IMG/VR virus record: IMGVR_UViG_2700988807_000001 | Coordinates: 12,798-76,797 of that record | Length of the DNA: 64,000 nucleotides | Reading direction: 5' to 3' (one strand) | Source: a virus | Lineage: Duplodnaviria > Caudoviricetes | Shown: piece by piece, positions 35,257-44,820 of the stretch | Layout: each line of letters opens with the position of its first letter | Position numbering within the stretch: position 1 is the first letter of the stretch | The notes under the pieces: model-generated | Told to the model about the DNA's origin: nothing | The model's input: the letters and a program-made list of their open reading frames with translations, nothing else | Database searches by the model: none | Program-made: the position numbers and the translations under genes

Positions 35257-35643
35257 ATGCCTACCATCGATCAAGTCAAGACGCACCTCCGTGAGAACAA
35301 GAAGGTCTATATTGTCGGTGGCGCCTGCCTCGCGGTAGGTGTCCTGGCTGGAACGACTCTTCTTACCAAGGAGTCCCCTGAGATTGTGGTAAACCCCAAG
35401 ATCCAGCAGATCATGAGCTGGAAGCCGACAGCAACGTTGAAGGTGCATATCGAGGCGCTTGGAGATCCAGGAAACATCATTCAGGACGTCACAACAGGAA
35501 CCGTCTATGCAAGCCAGGGACAGGCGGCTCGAGCTTTGGGCGTCAATCCCGCGCGCATATCTGAGCACTTGTCTGGAAAGATTCCTAACGTGCAGGGTCA
35601 CTCATTCAAGTTCTTGGGTAAGGCTGACTCAATCGCAGGATAA
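35257..35643 (+). CDS. TM-anchored protein with NUMOD1-like HTH
   Basis: N-terminal TM; TGTVYASQGQAARALGVNPARISEHLSG. Confidence 0.65.
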   Translation: MPTIDQVKTHLRENKKVYIVGGACLAVGVLAGTTLLTKESPEIVVNPKIQQIMSWKPTATLKVHIEALGDPGNIIQDVTTGTVYASQGQAARALGVNPARISEHLSGKIPNVQGHSFKFLGKADSIAG

Positions 35644-35657
35644 ACACGCCCTATAAT
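35633..35657 (+). promoter_or_regulatory. Promoter copy 13 (no mRNA leader)
   Basis: TCGCAGGATAAACACGCCCTATAAT. Confidence 0.75.
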
Positions 35658-35950
35658 GAGAAGAAACGATAAGCTTAAAACGCTAATCCTTGAATCGCCC
35701 CTTTAGGGGAGGTCATCCGTAAGCACTGTCTTTGGTTGGAAGGTAACAGCCGCTTATCGTTTTATAACCGCTTGGAACCGCCATTGGGTAGTTCTGGAGG
35801 CCTGCCATTGGGCGGACCTTCGTGGCCTACCGTTTGGGTGGACCACCAATGTTATATTCTCGATGAGAAGATAGAACCGCTTGGAACACCTTTATGAGGA
35901 GTTCTGGCAGCCACCTTTATGAGGAGACCACCAAAGTTCTATCTTCTCAT
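35658..35950 (+). ncRNA. Putative three-domain structured ncRNA with repeated modules
   Basis: Closing stems AAACGATAAGC/GCTTATCGTTT, TATAAC/GTTATA and TGAGAAGATAGAAC/GTTCTATCTTCTCA; repeated AACCGCTTGGAAC..AGTTCTGG..ACCACCAA. Confidence 0.65.
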
Positions 35951-35958
35951 ATTTCGCA

Positions 35959-36000
35959 TCGCAGATAAAACACGCCCTATAATGAGACCCCTACGAAAGG
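35959..36000 (+). promoter_or_regulatory. Promoter plus leader, copy 14
   Basis: TCGCAGATAAAACACGCCCTATAATGAGACCCCTACGAAAGG. Confidence 0.8.
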
Positions 36001-36008
36001 AACTGGTA

Positions 36009-36254
36009 ATGACCAAGCTGGAAATGCTGAAGCTCGCTGTTTCTTCGATCGTCGGTGTCGGTACCTCCAAGATCGTCAAGTCCATCATTGCCAACAATGT
36101 CGAACTCGATACTCCGGTAGACCAAGTTACGGTCACCGCGGGATCGTTCGTCATCGGCGCGATGGTCGCAGACGCTTCGAAGGACTACACCGATGCCAAG
36201 ATCGACGAAATTGCCGAAGCCTTCAGAAGCTTCAGAGAAACCGTCCAGAACTGA
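36009..36254 (+). CDS. Cassette hypothetical protein
   Basis: Leader RBS; terminator with ACAC loop at 36270-36306. Confidence 0.7.
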   Translation: MTKLEMLKLAVSSIVGVGTSKIVKSIIANNVELDTPVDQVTVTAGSFVIGAMVADASKDYTDAKIDEIAEAFRSFRETVQN

Positions 36255-36332
36255 CACGAACACATCTCAAAATTGAAAAGCCCGCAACACTAGGCTTTTC
36301 AGTTTTCAACATCGAGGTATGAGGAACATATT

Positions 36333-37013
36333 ATGGAAGACTACCCCAGCAACAGCCAGAAGCCGAAGGTCGACAAGAAGCCGGCCGCGAAACAAGACGG
36401 GAAGCCCGAGCAGAAGAAGCCGGAAGTCAAGCAGATCACCGTCGGTACAGTCACTCGTCGTAAGAAGCCGCTCGGTCGGCGAGTCATGGAGACGTTCGGT
36501 GGCGGAGACGCCCAGGGCGTAGGATCTTATATTCTGCAGGACGTGCTTCTTCCCGCGGCCAAGGACATGGTTGCTGATGCTGTCTCCCAGGGTATCGAGA
36601 AGATGCTCTTCGGTGAGTCTCGGGGTAGGCGAACTCGATCGTCCTCGTCTGGATATTCCGGCGGAAACAACCGGACCCCGTACAACTCCAGCTACAACGG
36701 TGGAAGTCGATACGCGGTCAACCCGGGACATCGGCAAGAACCTCGTCAGATGAGCCACCGAGGCCGAGCCACCCACAACTTCGACGAGATCGTTCTCGAT
36801 TCTCGGGCCGAAGCGACAGAGGTTCTCGACAACCTCTACAGCATGATTTCTCAGTACGACGTCGCCACCGTTGCCGATCTCTACAACATGGTCGGTGTGA
36901 CAGGTGACTTCACTGACGAGAAGTGGGGTTGGGTCGAGCTTCACGGCGCCCAGGTGCGACATGTCAGGGATGGATATCTGCTAGAACTTCCGCGCCCTGA
37001 ACACCTCGGCTAA
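36333..37013 (+). CDS. Conserved phage protein
   Basis: YPSNS start; C-terminal EATEVLDNL..TVADLY..WGW..GYLLELPRP. Confidence 0.7.
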   Translation: MEDYPSNSQKPKVDKKPAAKQDGKPEQKKPEVKQITVGTVTRRKKPLGRRVMETFGGGDAQGVGSYILQDVLLPAAKDMVADAVSQGIEKMLFGESRGRRTRSSSSGYSGGNNRTPYNSSYNGGSRYAVNPGHRQEPRQMSHRGRATHNFDEIVLDSRAEATEVLDNLYSMISQYDVATVADLYNMVGVTGDFTDEKWGWVELHGAQVRHVRDGYLLELPRPEHLG

Positions 37014-37049
37014 GAGGTAGGTACGGCGCGCCAAACGGGAGGTGGCGTG

Positions 37050-37193
37050 ATGTCTAACGATATTCTCTTGAAAGCCAACGCACTCAAGGGAGCGTACCCA
37101 GGAAGTCCTACCTGGAAATCTAAAGTGGACAAGATGAGCGACAACCAAATCGTGGCCGTATATTTGCGGCTCAAGCGAGAAAACAAGGTTTAG
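37050..37193 (+). CDS. Small basic protein (47 aa, not in ORF track)
   Basis: GGAGG RBS; YPGSPTWKSKVDKMSDNQIVAVYLR. Confidence 0.65.
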   Translation: MSNDILLKANALKGAYPGSPTWKSKVDKMSDNQIVAVYLRLKRENKV

Positions 37194-37204
37194 GAGACCA
37201 ACAC

Positions 37205-38083
37205 ATGTCGATCAAGAACACTATCATGTCTGCCGGTGGCAAGAACATGGCTGTGACCATGCTCAAGCTCCAGAAGAACAGCCCGACCCTTCTCTTCGGC
37301 GCCGGCGTCGTCGGTGTTGTCGGCACTGTTGTCCTGGCTTCGCGAGCAACTTTGAAGGTCAGCGATATCGTCGACGAGGCTTCGACCACACTCGAGAAGA
37401 TCAACAACATCGAGGAAGAGAACTACACGCCTGAGCACGCTGTCAAGGACAAGGCTGTCGTCTACACCAAGACGGCGATTGATGTCTCGAAGCTCTACGC
37501 ACCTGCGCTTATTCTGGGTGTCGTCTCGGTCAGCTGCCTTGCAGGTTCGCACAACATCCTGACTCGTCGCAACGCTGCTCTCGGCGCGGCCTACGCCGGC
37601 ATGGAGAAGGCGTTCAAGGAGTACCGCGGTCGAGTCATCGACGAGATCGGCGTGGAGAAGGAAGCACGCATCTACCAGCCCGTCGAGGAAGTCGAGGCAA
37701 TCAACTCCGAGGGCAAGAAGACAAAGGTCGCAGTTCCGACGGGTGTCGGCGGCTCCCCCTACAAGAAGATCTTCGACAACTCCAACAAGAACTGGAACCA
37801 GCAGACTGAGTTCAACGTCCTCTTCATCCAGGCGCAGCAGAACTACGCCAACGATCTTCTTCACGCAAACGGATACCTCTTCCTGAACGACGTCTACGAC
37901 ATGCTTGGTATTGCTCGAACCAAGGCCGGTCAGATCGTTGGGTGGATCTCTGACGGCAAGGGCGACAACTTCGTCGACTTCGGTCTGTTCACCACGCATG
38001 AGGGTATGCGCTTCACCACCGGAGAACAGAGCGCTGTTTGGCTCGACTTCAACGTGGATGGCAACATCCTCGACCTGATCTGA
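37205..38083 (+). CDS. Conserved phage protein (DUF6353-like)
   Basis: NSPTLLFGAG..KLYAPA..GYLFLNDVYD..GW..LDFNVDGNI. Confidence 0.75.
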   Translation: MSIKNTIMSAGGKNMAVTMLKLQKNSPTLLFGAGVVGVVGTVVLASRATLKVSDIVDEASTTLEKINNIEEENYTPEHAVKDKAVVYTKTAIDVSKLYAPALILGVVSVSCLAGSHNILTRRNAALGAAYAGMEKAFKEYRGRVIDEIGVEKEARIYQPVEEVEAINSEGKKTKVAVPTGVGGSPYKKIFDNSNKNWNQQTEFNVLFIQAQQNYANDLLHANGYLFLNDVYDMLGIARTKAGQIVGWISDGKGDNFVDFGLFTTHEGMRFTTGEQSAVWLDFNVDGNILDLI

Positions 38084-38094
38084 GGTGTGAAGCC

Positions 38095-38997
38095 ATGAAT
38101 TCCAACACTGGAATTGTCGTGGCTTCTTCGTTGGCGTCCTGTGCCGTTGGTGCAGGCGCCGCTTATTTCCTCACGAAGAAGTACGTCACGACGCAGTACG
38201 AGACCTTGATGGAAGAAGAGGTCGAGAAGGCAAAGCTATATTACAGCCAGCTTTACAAGACGGGGGAGTTCTCTGATCTGGAGAAGCTGGCCAAGGAGCG
38301 TCTCGGGTCCGATGACTCTGACGATATTTCCGACGAGGAAACCTCCGAAGAAGAGTCAGATGCTACGGACGACGAGGACGCTGCTGAGGTGACACTATCG
38401 GAACGCGTCGAGATCACTCGTGAAGAGCGTGTCAACTACAACAACATTCAGCGCAACTACGTCGGGGACGACTCCGTACCGGAACGCCATATTCCGAATC
38501 GGGACTTCCCTCGACCTGTCTCCCATCCCGAAGATGGCGAGAGCATGGAATCCTTCGAGAAGCGACTGATCCAGCAAGCTTCCGACGAAGTCAAAGAGAA
38601 GGCAGAACGAGCAGGAGAGGAGGAACTCGTGCGACACAACATATTCGACACCCACGGACGGCATCCCGACACGGAAGAGTTGGACACCAGTATGCGAGGG
38701 AACGGCGACCCCTATATCCTGTCGCGTCAAGAGTTCGAAGACTGCGATCTCGACTACGATCAGAACACCCTCACCTACTACGAGGGCGACAACGTTCTCA
38801 CGGACGAGCGGAACGTTCCGATCAACAACGGCGTCATCAGCATCATCGGTGGCGAGCAGAACTTGAGGTTCGGACATTGGTCGGACGACGCGAACGTGCT
38901 TTATATTCGCAATGACCGTCTGTCCGTCGACTTCGAGATCGTTCGTTCAATGGGAACCTACGCCGAAGAAGTCCTCGGCTACACCCAGGGGGAATGA
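38095..38997 (+). CDS. N-terminally membrane-anchored acidic protein
   Basis: TM helix; PYIL..LTYYEGD..LYIRNDRL..DFEI. Confidence 0.7.
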   Translation: MNSNTGIVVASSLASCAVGAGAAYFLTKKYVTTQYETLMEEEVEKAKLYYSQLYKTGEFSDLEKLAKERLGSDDSDDISDEETSEEESDATDDEDAAEVTLSERVEITREERVNYNNIQRNYVGDDSVPERHIPNRDFPRPVSHPEDGESMESFEKRLIQQASDEVKEKAERAGEEELVRHNIFDTHGRHPDTEELDTSMRGNGDPYILSRQEFEDCDLDYDQNTLTYYEGDNVLTDERNVPINNGVISIIGGEQNLRFGHWSDDANVLYIRNDRLSVDFEIVRSMGTYAEEVLGYTQGE

Positions 38998-39545
38998 TGG
39001 ACGAGCCACTTGATGAGCGATATTTCAAATGGCTCTACGGTCAGGTGGCATCCGTCAAGTTGAGGAACCCTGGGCGGACCTACTGGTCTTTGCTCAAGGT
39101 TCTTCACACCACAGAGTTCGTGTGGCTGGTTCCAAACGACGACAATCGTGTGGAAGACGGACGCGACCTGAGATTGGAATTCGTCAACGAGACACGCGCC
39201 GAGGTTCCCGACCCCGATTGGATGGCTTTCGGGTGCTCCGTACTGGAGATGCTTATCGGGCTATCTCGGCGCCTGGCGTTTGAGGCTGATGGTAACGCGG
39301 GTGCGAGTGAGTGGTTCTGGCACTTACTCGACAACATCAACCTCGGCGGATTCAACGACACATATTTCCGAACCGGAAGGCATGAGGAGTATGTAAAACA
39401 CGTCCTAGATACCGTCGTTTGGCGAAACTACAAACGTGACGGGCAAGGCGGTCTATTCCCACTGCGACGTCCACAAGAAGATCAACGTAAGGTAGAGCTC
39501 TGGTATCAACTCTCGTGCTACCTTTCGGAGGGACACGCGGCATGA
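38994..39545 (+). CDS. Conserved phage protein upstream of polymerase
   Basis: YFKWL..DDNRVEDGRDLR..CSVLEML..GGLFPL..ELWYQ. Confidence 0.7.
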   Translation: MMDEPLDERYFKWLYGQVASVKLRNPGRTYWSLLKVLHTTEFVWLVPNDDNRVEDGRDLRLEFVNETRAEVPDPDWMAFGCSVLEMLIGLSRRLAFEADGNAGASEWFWHLLDNINLGGFNDTYFRTGRHEEYVKHVLDTVVWRNYKRDGQGGLFPLRRPQEDQRKVELWYQLSCYLSEGHAA

Positions 39546-39576
39546 TGGCGAACTAGGCATGAATTAGAAAAGAGGG

Positions 39577-42500
39577 TTGGTGGACTTCTACACTATCGGG
39601 GTGCGCACAATCGAGAAAGGCCCCCGGGAAGGTATGACGGAGCTATTCCCCGATCTTCGGGTCGGGCGCTCCAAAGATCTGATGGTCCGCGGCCGCTCAT
39701 TCTACGCCATCTGGGATGAGACGGCCGGTCTATGGTCTACGGACGAGTACGATGTTCAGAGACTGATGGACGCGGAGCTTGAGGCGGAGGCCGACAGGAT
39801 TGAGAAGAAGGGTGACCCGCGCCCCTCGATCAAGACCATGTCGTCCTTCGGCTCGAACTCCTGGAGTCAATTCCGTAAGTATCTGCAGAACATCAGTGAC
39901 AACAGTCATCAGCTCGACGAGAAGATGGCTTGGGCTGACACTGAGATCAAGAAGACCGACTATGTGAGCAAGCGTCTCCCATATTGTCTCGCACCCGGCG
40001 ACTACAGCGCATGGGACGAGCTCGTAGGGACGCTCTATAATGTGGAAGAAAGAGCGAAGATCGAATGGGCGATTGGTGCAGTTGTATCCGGGGATGCGAA
40101 GCGAATCCAGAAATTCCTGGTTCTCTACGGGCCTGCTGGGACAGGCAAATCGACGGTCTTGAACGTCATCCAGCAAATGTTCGAAGGCTACACGACGACA
40201 TTCGAAGCCAAGGCTTTGGGTATGTCGAGCGGAGCGTTTGCGACGGAAGTATTCAAGAACAATCCGCTCGTGGCGATTCAGCACGACGGCGACCTCTCAC
40301 GCATCGAGGACAACACTCGACTGAACTCGATCATCTCGCACGAAGAGATGACAATGAACGAGAAGTACAAGCCCAGCTACACTTCGCGGGTTAATGCTTT
40401 CTTGTTCATGGGGACTAACAACCCCGTCAAGATCTCGGACGCCAAGTCGGGCATCATTCGACGACTTATCGACGTTCATCCGACCGGCATCAAGATCCCG
40501 CCCAACCGATACAACACTCTTATTCAGAAGGTTGACTTCGAACTGGGTGCGATTGCTCACCACTGCCTGGAAGTCTACAGGTCGATGGGGAAGAACTACT
40601 ACAACTCCTACCGACCCCTTGAGATGATGTTGCAGACCGACGTCTTCTTCAACTACATCGAGGCGCACTTCGATATTTTCAAGGAACAGGACTCCGTCTC
40701 CTTGAAGCAGGCATACGCGTTGTACAAGGAGTTCTGTGACGACACTGGAATCGACAAGGTTCTTCCTCAGTACAAGTTCCGCGAGGAGCTTCGGAACTAC
40801 TTTGACGAATTCAAGGAGCGCGGCGTGGTGAACGGTCAGACAGTCCGAAGCATATATTCGGGCTTCAACGCAAACAAGTTCAAGACGCCGTTGGGTGAAG
40901 ACAAGCAGGTCTTCAAGCTCGTCCTCGACGAATCGGTGTCGCTTCTCGACGATATTCTCAAGGATCAGCCTGCCCAGATGGGTCGGGTCGGTCCTGATGG
41001 TGGAGAGATCCCCGAGAAGTATTGGACAGATGACGAACGACTGATCAACGGCGAGATGAAGAAACCCAAGCCGTCTCAGGTCTGCTCGACGACGTTGAAG
41101 GATCTGGACACCTCGAAGGTTCACTTTGTCAAGGTGCCGGCGAATCATATTGTCATCGACTTCGACCTCAAGGACGACAAAGGTGAGAAGTCTCTTGAGC
41201 GAAGCCTGGAAGCCGCGTCCAACTGGCCGGCCACCTACGCCGAACTCAGCAAGAGCGGCAAGGGCGTCCACCTCCATTACGAATACACTGGAGAAGACGT
41301 CACTCAGCTCAGTCCCATATATTCCGAGGACATCGAAGTCAAGGTCTACACGGGCAACGGGTCTCTACGACGTCGAGTCATCCGCTGTAACAACATTCCT
41401 GTTGCCCCCATATCTAGCGGACTGCCGCTGAAGGAGAAGAAGGTGCATTCAGCCCAAACGATTCAGAGCGAGCGCAGTCTGCGCGATCTCGTCGAGCGCA
41501 ATCTTCGCAAGGAGATTCACCCCGGCACCAAGCCGTCGATCGACTTCATTCACAAGATCCTTGCTGATGCACACAAGGACGGAATGACGTACGACCTCAC
41601 GGACATGCGTCCTCGTATTCTGGCATTCGCCAACAACTCGTCGAACCAGGCGATGGCGTGCTTGAAGACGGTGCAGGCGATGAAGTGGAAGAGCGACGAT
41701 TCCGTCGAACGAGCGACCGGGCCCGAGGACGATATTCGTCAGCCGGCTCCGACTCAGGCGGTTTCCCCCGTCGACTCCTCTCGTAAGGACGAGCGGATTG
41801 CCTTCTTCGACATCGAGGTCTACCCGAATCTCTTCCTGGTCTGCTGGAAGTTCGAGGGCGATTCTTCGATGGTCAAGATGATCAATCCGAAGCCGGCCGA
41901 CATCGAGCAGCTGTTCAAGCTCAAGCTTGTGGGCTACAACAACCGACGCTACGACAATCATATTCTGTACGCAGCGTTCATGGGGTTCACCACCGAGGCG
42001 ATCTACCAGCAGTCTCAGAAGCTCATCAACAACGAGCGGAGCGCACTGTTCGGTGAGGCGTACAACATCAGTTACGCCGATATTTACGACTTCAGCTCGA
42101 AGAAGCAGAGCCTGAAGAAGTTCATGATCGAGCTCGGGATCACCCACCAGGAGATGGATATTCCGTGGGACGAGCCGGTACCGGACCACCTGGTGGACAA
42201 GGTCATCGAGTACTGCTGCAACGACGTCAATGCGACCGAGGCAGTGTTCGAGGCTCGCAAGCAGGACTTCGTCGCTCGACAGGTCCTGGCTGAGCTGAGT
42301 GGGCTGCCTGTCAACAACACGACTCAGGCTCACACTGCCAAGATCATTTTCGGTAACGATCGTCAGGCTCAGAAGAAGTTTGTGTACACGGACCTGAGTG
42401 AGACGTTCCCGGGTTACAAGTTCGACCTGGGTAAGTCCGAGTATCGGGGAGAAGATCCCAGTGAAGGTGGTTACGTCTATGCAGAACCGGGGCTCTATCA

Positions 42501-43464
42501 CAATGTCGCTGTTCTGGATGTTGCTTCGATGCATCCGAGCAGTATCATCGCGCTCAACGCATTCGGTGACGAGTACACGCCGAAGTTCAAGGATCTCCTC
42601 GACGCGCGTATCGCGATCAAGCACAAGGACTACGACCGCGCCAAGGGAATGCTCGACGGCAAGTTGGCTCCATACCTTGGTAACGTGGATGACGCAGTGG
42701 CGCTGTCGTATGCGCTGAAGATCGTCATCAACATCGTGTACGGACTGACGAGCGCTAAGTTCGACAATCCGTTCCGCGACATGCGCAACAAGGACAACAT
42801 CGTTGCGAAGCGTGGCGCACTCTTCATGATCGACCTGAAGCACTTCGTTCAGGAGAAGGGTTTCGACGTCGCGCACATCAAGACCGACTCGATCAAGATT
42901 CCGGATGCAACTCCCGAGATCATCGAGCAGGTCACGGAATTCGGTAAGAAGTATGGGTACGACTTCGAACACGAGGCTACGTACGACAGCTTCTGCCTGG
43001 TGAACGATGCAGTCTATATTGCGCGTAAGGGCGATAAGTGGGATGCAGTCGGGGCACAGTTCCAACATCCGTACGTCTACAAGACGCTCTTCACTAAGGA
43101 AGAGATCACGTTCGACGACCTGTGCGAGACGAAGCAGGTCAGCCAGGGGTCCATCTACTTGGATCTCGATCATGGGCGTGCGGCTGGTTTGACCACCTTC
43201 GAAGATCTCCAGTTCATCGGTCGCATCGGACGGTTCGTTCCGGTGTACGAAGAAGTGCAGGGATCCGCCGTTCTTTATCGGATCAAGGACGACAAGCGTT
43301 ACGCAGTCACGGGCACCAAGGGATATTTCTGGATCGATGCTCGAATGGCCGAAGGCCTGACCAAGGACGAGATCGATTACACATATTTCGACACTCTCGT
43401 TGAGAAGGCTCGTGACACCATCGAGTTCTACGGACCGTTCGTGGATCTCTTCCCGAAGAACTGA
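39577..43464 (+). CDS. SF3 helicase / primase / family B DNA polymerase fusion
   Basis: Walker A GPAGTGKS; primase-like IDFD..ELSKSGKGVHLHY; exonuclease FFDIEV and YNNRRYD; PolB DVASMHPS, KIVINIVYG, KTDS. Confidence 0.9.
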   Translation: MVDFYTIGVRTIEKGPREGMTELFPDLRVGRSKDLMVRGRSFYAIWDETAGLWSTDEYDVQRLMDAELEAEADRIEKKGDPRPSIKTMSSFGSNSWSQFRKYLQNISDNSHQLDEKMAWADTEIKKTDYVSKRLPYCLAPGDYSAWDELVGTLYNVEERAKIEWAIGAVVSGDAKRIQKFLVLYGPAGTGKSTVLNVIQQMFEGYTTTFEAKALGMSSGAFATEVFKNNPLVAIQHDGDLSRIEDNTRLNSIISHEEMTMNEKYKPSYTSRVNAFLFMGTNNPVKISDAKSGIIRRLIDVHPTGIKIPPNRYNTLIQKVDFELGAIAHHCLEVYRSMGKNYYNSYRPLEMMLQTDVFFNYIEAHFDIFKEQDSVSLKQAYALYKEFCDDTGIDKVLPQYKFREELRNYFDEFKERGVVNGQTVRSIYSGFNANKFKTPLGEDKQVFKLVLDESVSLLDDILKDQPAQMGRVGPDGGEIPEKYWTDDERLINGEMKKPKPSQVCSTTLKDLDTSKVHFVKVPANHIVIDFDLKDDKGEKSLERSLEAASNWPATYAELSKSGKGVHLHYEYTGEDVTQLSPIYSEDIEVKVYTGNGSLRRRVIRCNNIPVAPISSGLPLKEKKVHSAQTIQSERSLRDLVERNLRKEIHPGTKPSIDFIHKILADAHKDGMTYDLTDMRPRILAFANNSSNQAMACLKTVQAMKWKSDDSVERATGPEDDIRQPAPTQAVSPVDSSRKDERIAFFDIEVYPNLFLVCWKFEGDSSMVKMINPKPADIEQLFKLKLVGYNNRRYDNHILYAAFMGFTTEAIYQQSQKLINNERSALFGEAYNISYADIYDFSSKKQSLKKFMIELGITHQEMDIPWDEPVPDHLVDKVIEYCCNDVNATEAVFEARKQDFVARQVLAELSGLPVNNTTQAHTAKIIFGNDRQAQKKFVYTDLSETFPGYKFDLGKSEYRGEDPSEGGYVYAEPGLYHNVAVLDVASMHPSSIIALNAFGDEYTPKFKDLLDARIAIKHKDYDRAKGMLDGKLAPYLGNVDDAVALSYALKIVINIVYGLTSAKFDNPFRDMRNKDNIVAKRGALFMIDLKHFVQEKGFDVAHIKTDSIKIPDATPEIIEQVTEFGKKYGYDFEHEATYDSFCLVNDAVYIARKGDKWDAVGAQFQHPYVYKTLFTKEEITFDDLCETKQVSQGSIYLDLDHGRAAGLTTFEDLQFIGRIGRFVPVYEEVQGSAVLYRIKDDKRYAVTGTKGYFWIDARMAEGLTKDEIDYTYFDTLVEKARDTIEFYGPFVDLFPKN

Positions 43465-43471
43465 GGTACTG

Positions 43472-43852
43472 ATGACTGAGATGAAGAACGACACCGCGCC
43501 GAAGCCGATGACGACAGATTTGCTGATGGCATATTTGTACAACGTCATCGATCATCATCCGGTCGACGAGCAGTTCGTCATGATCGGGGACGAAGACTTG
43601 ATCGTCTCGATGAACCTCAAGAACCGGAAGGTTACGTTCCTGAGCGATCGAATGCTCAAGGATGGGGAGGTGGCCAAGGCGCCTGTCACTACCAACATGC
43701 TCATGAAGTATCTGGAGTTGGCTACGGGCGGCATATTCCACGCCGTCTTGAACGAACCCGTCATGATTGGTATGGACGAACTCGTCCACGCCGAGGTCAT
43801 TGACAACCGAGTGATCCTACAGACGGCTCACGACTATCTCGCAGCGCAGTGA
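43472..43852 (+). CDS. Hypothetical protein, paralog of 43957
   Basis: MTEMKNDT..KYLELATGG..PVMIG..DNRVIL. Confidence 0.7.
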   Translation: MTEMKNDTAPKPMTTDLLMAYLYNVIDHHPVDEQFVMIGDEDLIVSMNLKNRKVTFLSDRMLKDGEVAKAPVTTNMLMKYLELATGGIFHAVLNEPVMIGMDELVHAEVIDNRVILQTAHDYLAAQ

Positions 43853-43864
43853 GATGAGAACGAC

Positions 43865-43916
43865 GATGCTGTCCATCGTGGGAAACGCTTAGGCAATTCT
43901 CGCGGTGGACAGCATC
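43865..43916 (+). other. Long intergenic hairpin
   Basis: GATGCTGTCCATCGTGGGAA / TTCTCGCGGTGGACAGCATC 20-bp stem with GU pairs; no U tract. Confidence 0.6.
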
Positions 43917-43956
43917 TAACATATTCTGTGACAACAGACAAAGGTGAGGTATAGGA

Positions 43957-44691
43957 ATGACTGAGATGAAGAACGACACCAAATCTATGACGGTCGACGT
44001 CTTTCACGCATATTTGCGAGAAGCAGCCGATCATCAAGAGATCGAGAACAAGCCGCTTCTGGTGAACGGTCGTAAGGTGGTCGAAGCTGTTCTTCGTCAG
44101 GAAACCGTGGTTGGGCGATATTCTACGGCGACACACAACTTCGTCGAGCTGACTACTCACGAGCATCGACACGCACTCACCGCCGCTCAGGTGGACGAGT
44201 TCTTCGACGAGTTCAGCGATGAAGTCAACGAGCTTCGCCTCATAGTAGACGGGTTCGAGTTGTGGTATGCGACTGTCGAAGAGGCCGGCGTCGTTCTTCA
44301 CCAGATGCCTTGTCCCCCGAAACCGATGACGGGAACGATCCTCAAGGGATATTTGGCGTCGATCATCGACCAGTATCCCGCTGTTGAGGACGAGTTGGTC
44401 CTGATCGATAGCCCGTCGAAGCACATAGTCGATCGCTCGATCAATGACTACGGGCTTCGCAACGGTCACGTCATTCTCGGCAACTCGACAAAGCCGAATC
44501 GTATGGCATTGACGGCAAGAAACCTCCACCGATATTTGGAGATGGCTAGCGGCGGAATGCTCAGTCGAGTCATGGACAACCCGGTGATGATCGGCAATCA
44601 GGAAGTGGTCAACGCCACCGTGGTCGACAACCGAGTCATTCTGATGACTTTCAACGACCTGCTCGAGTCCGACAACTTCTTTCGACGGTAG
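43957..44691 (+). CDS. Hypothetical protein, paralog of 43472
   Basis: MTEMKNDT..RYLEMASGG..PVMIG..DNRVIL. Confidence 0.7.
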   Translation: MTEMKNDTKSMTVDVFHAYLREAADHQEIENKPLLVNGRKVVEAVLRQETVVGRYSTATHNFVELTTHEHRHALTAAQVDEFFDEFSDEVNELRLIVDGFELWYATVEEAGVVLHQMPCPPKPMTGTILKGYLASIIDQYPAVEDELVLIDSPSKHIVDRSINDYGLRNGHVILGNSTKPNRMALTARNLHRYLEMASGGMLSRVMDNPVMIGNQEVVNATVVDNRVILMTFNDLLESDNFFRR

Positions 44692-44703
44692 AAAGTGAAC
44701 CAC

Positions 44704-44820
44704 ATGCCTATATTCTATGCGCCATTCGCGCACATGGATCTTCCCTCAGCCGACCCAACGGCTAAGTACGAGCGAGTCCGTCAGCTGATGGCATATTTGA
44801 TGAACTGGGGTAACGCATGA
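44704..44820 (+). CDS. Small hypothetical protein (38 aa)
   Basis: ATGA overlap with the deaminase start. Confidence 0.4.
   Translation: MPIFYAPFAHMDLPSADPTAKYERVRQLMAYLMNWGNA

Noticed and set aside
41449-43548. 699-aa minus-strand ORF
   Set aside because: Shadow of the polymerase gene.
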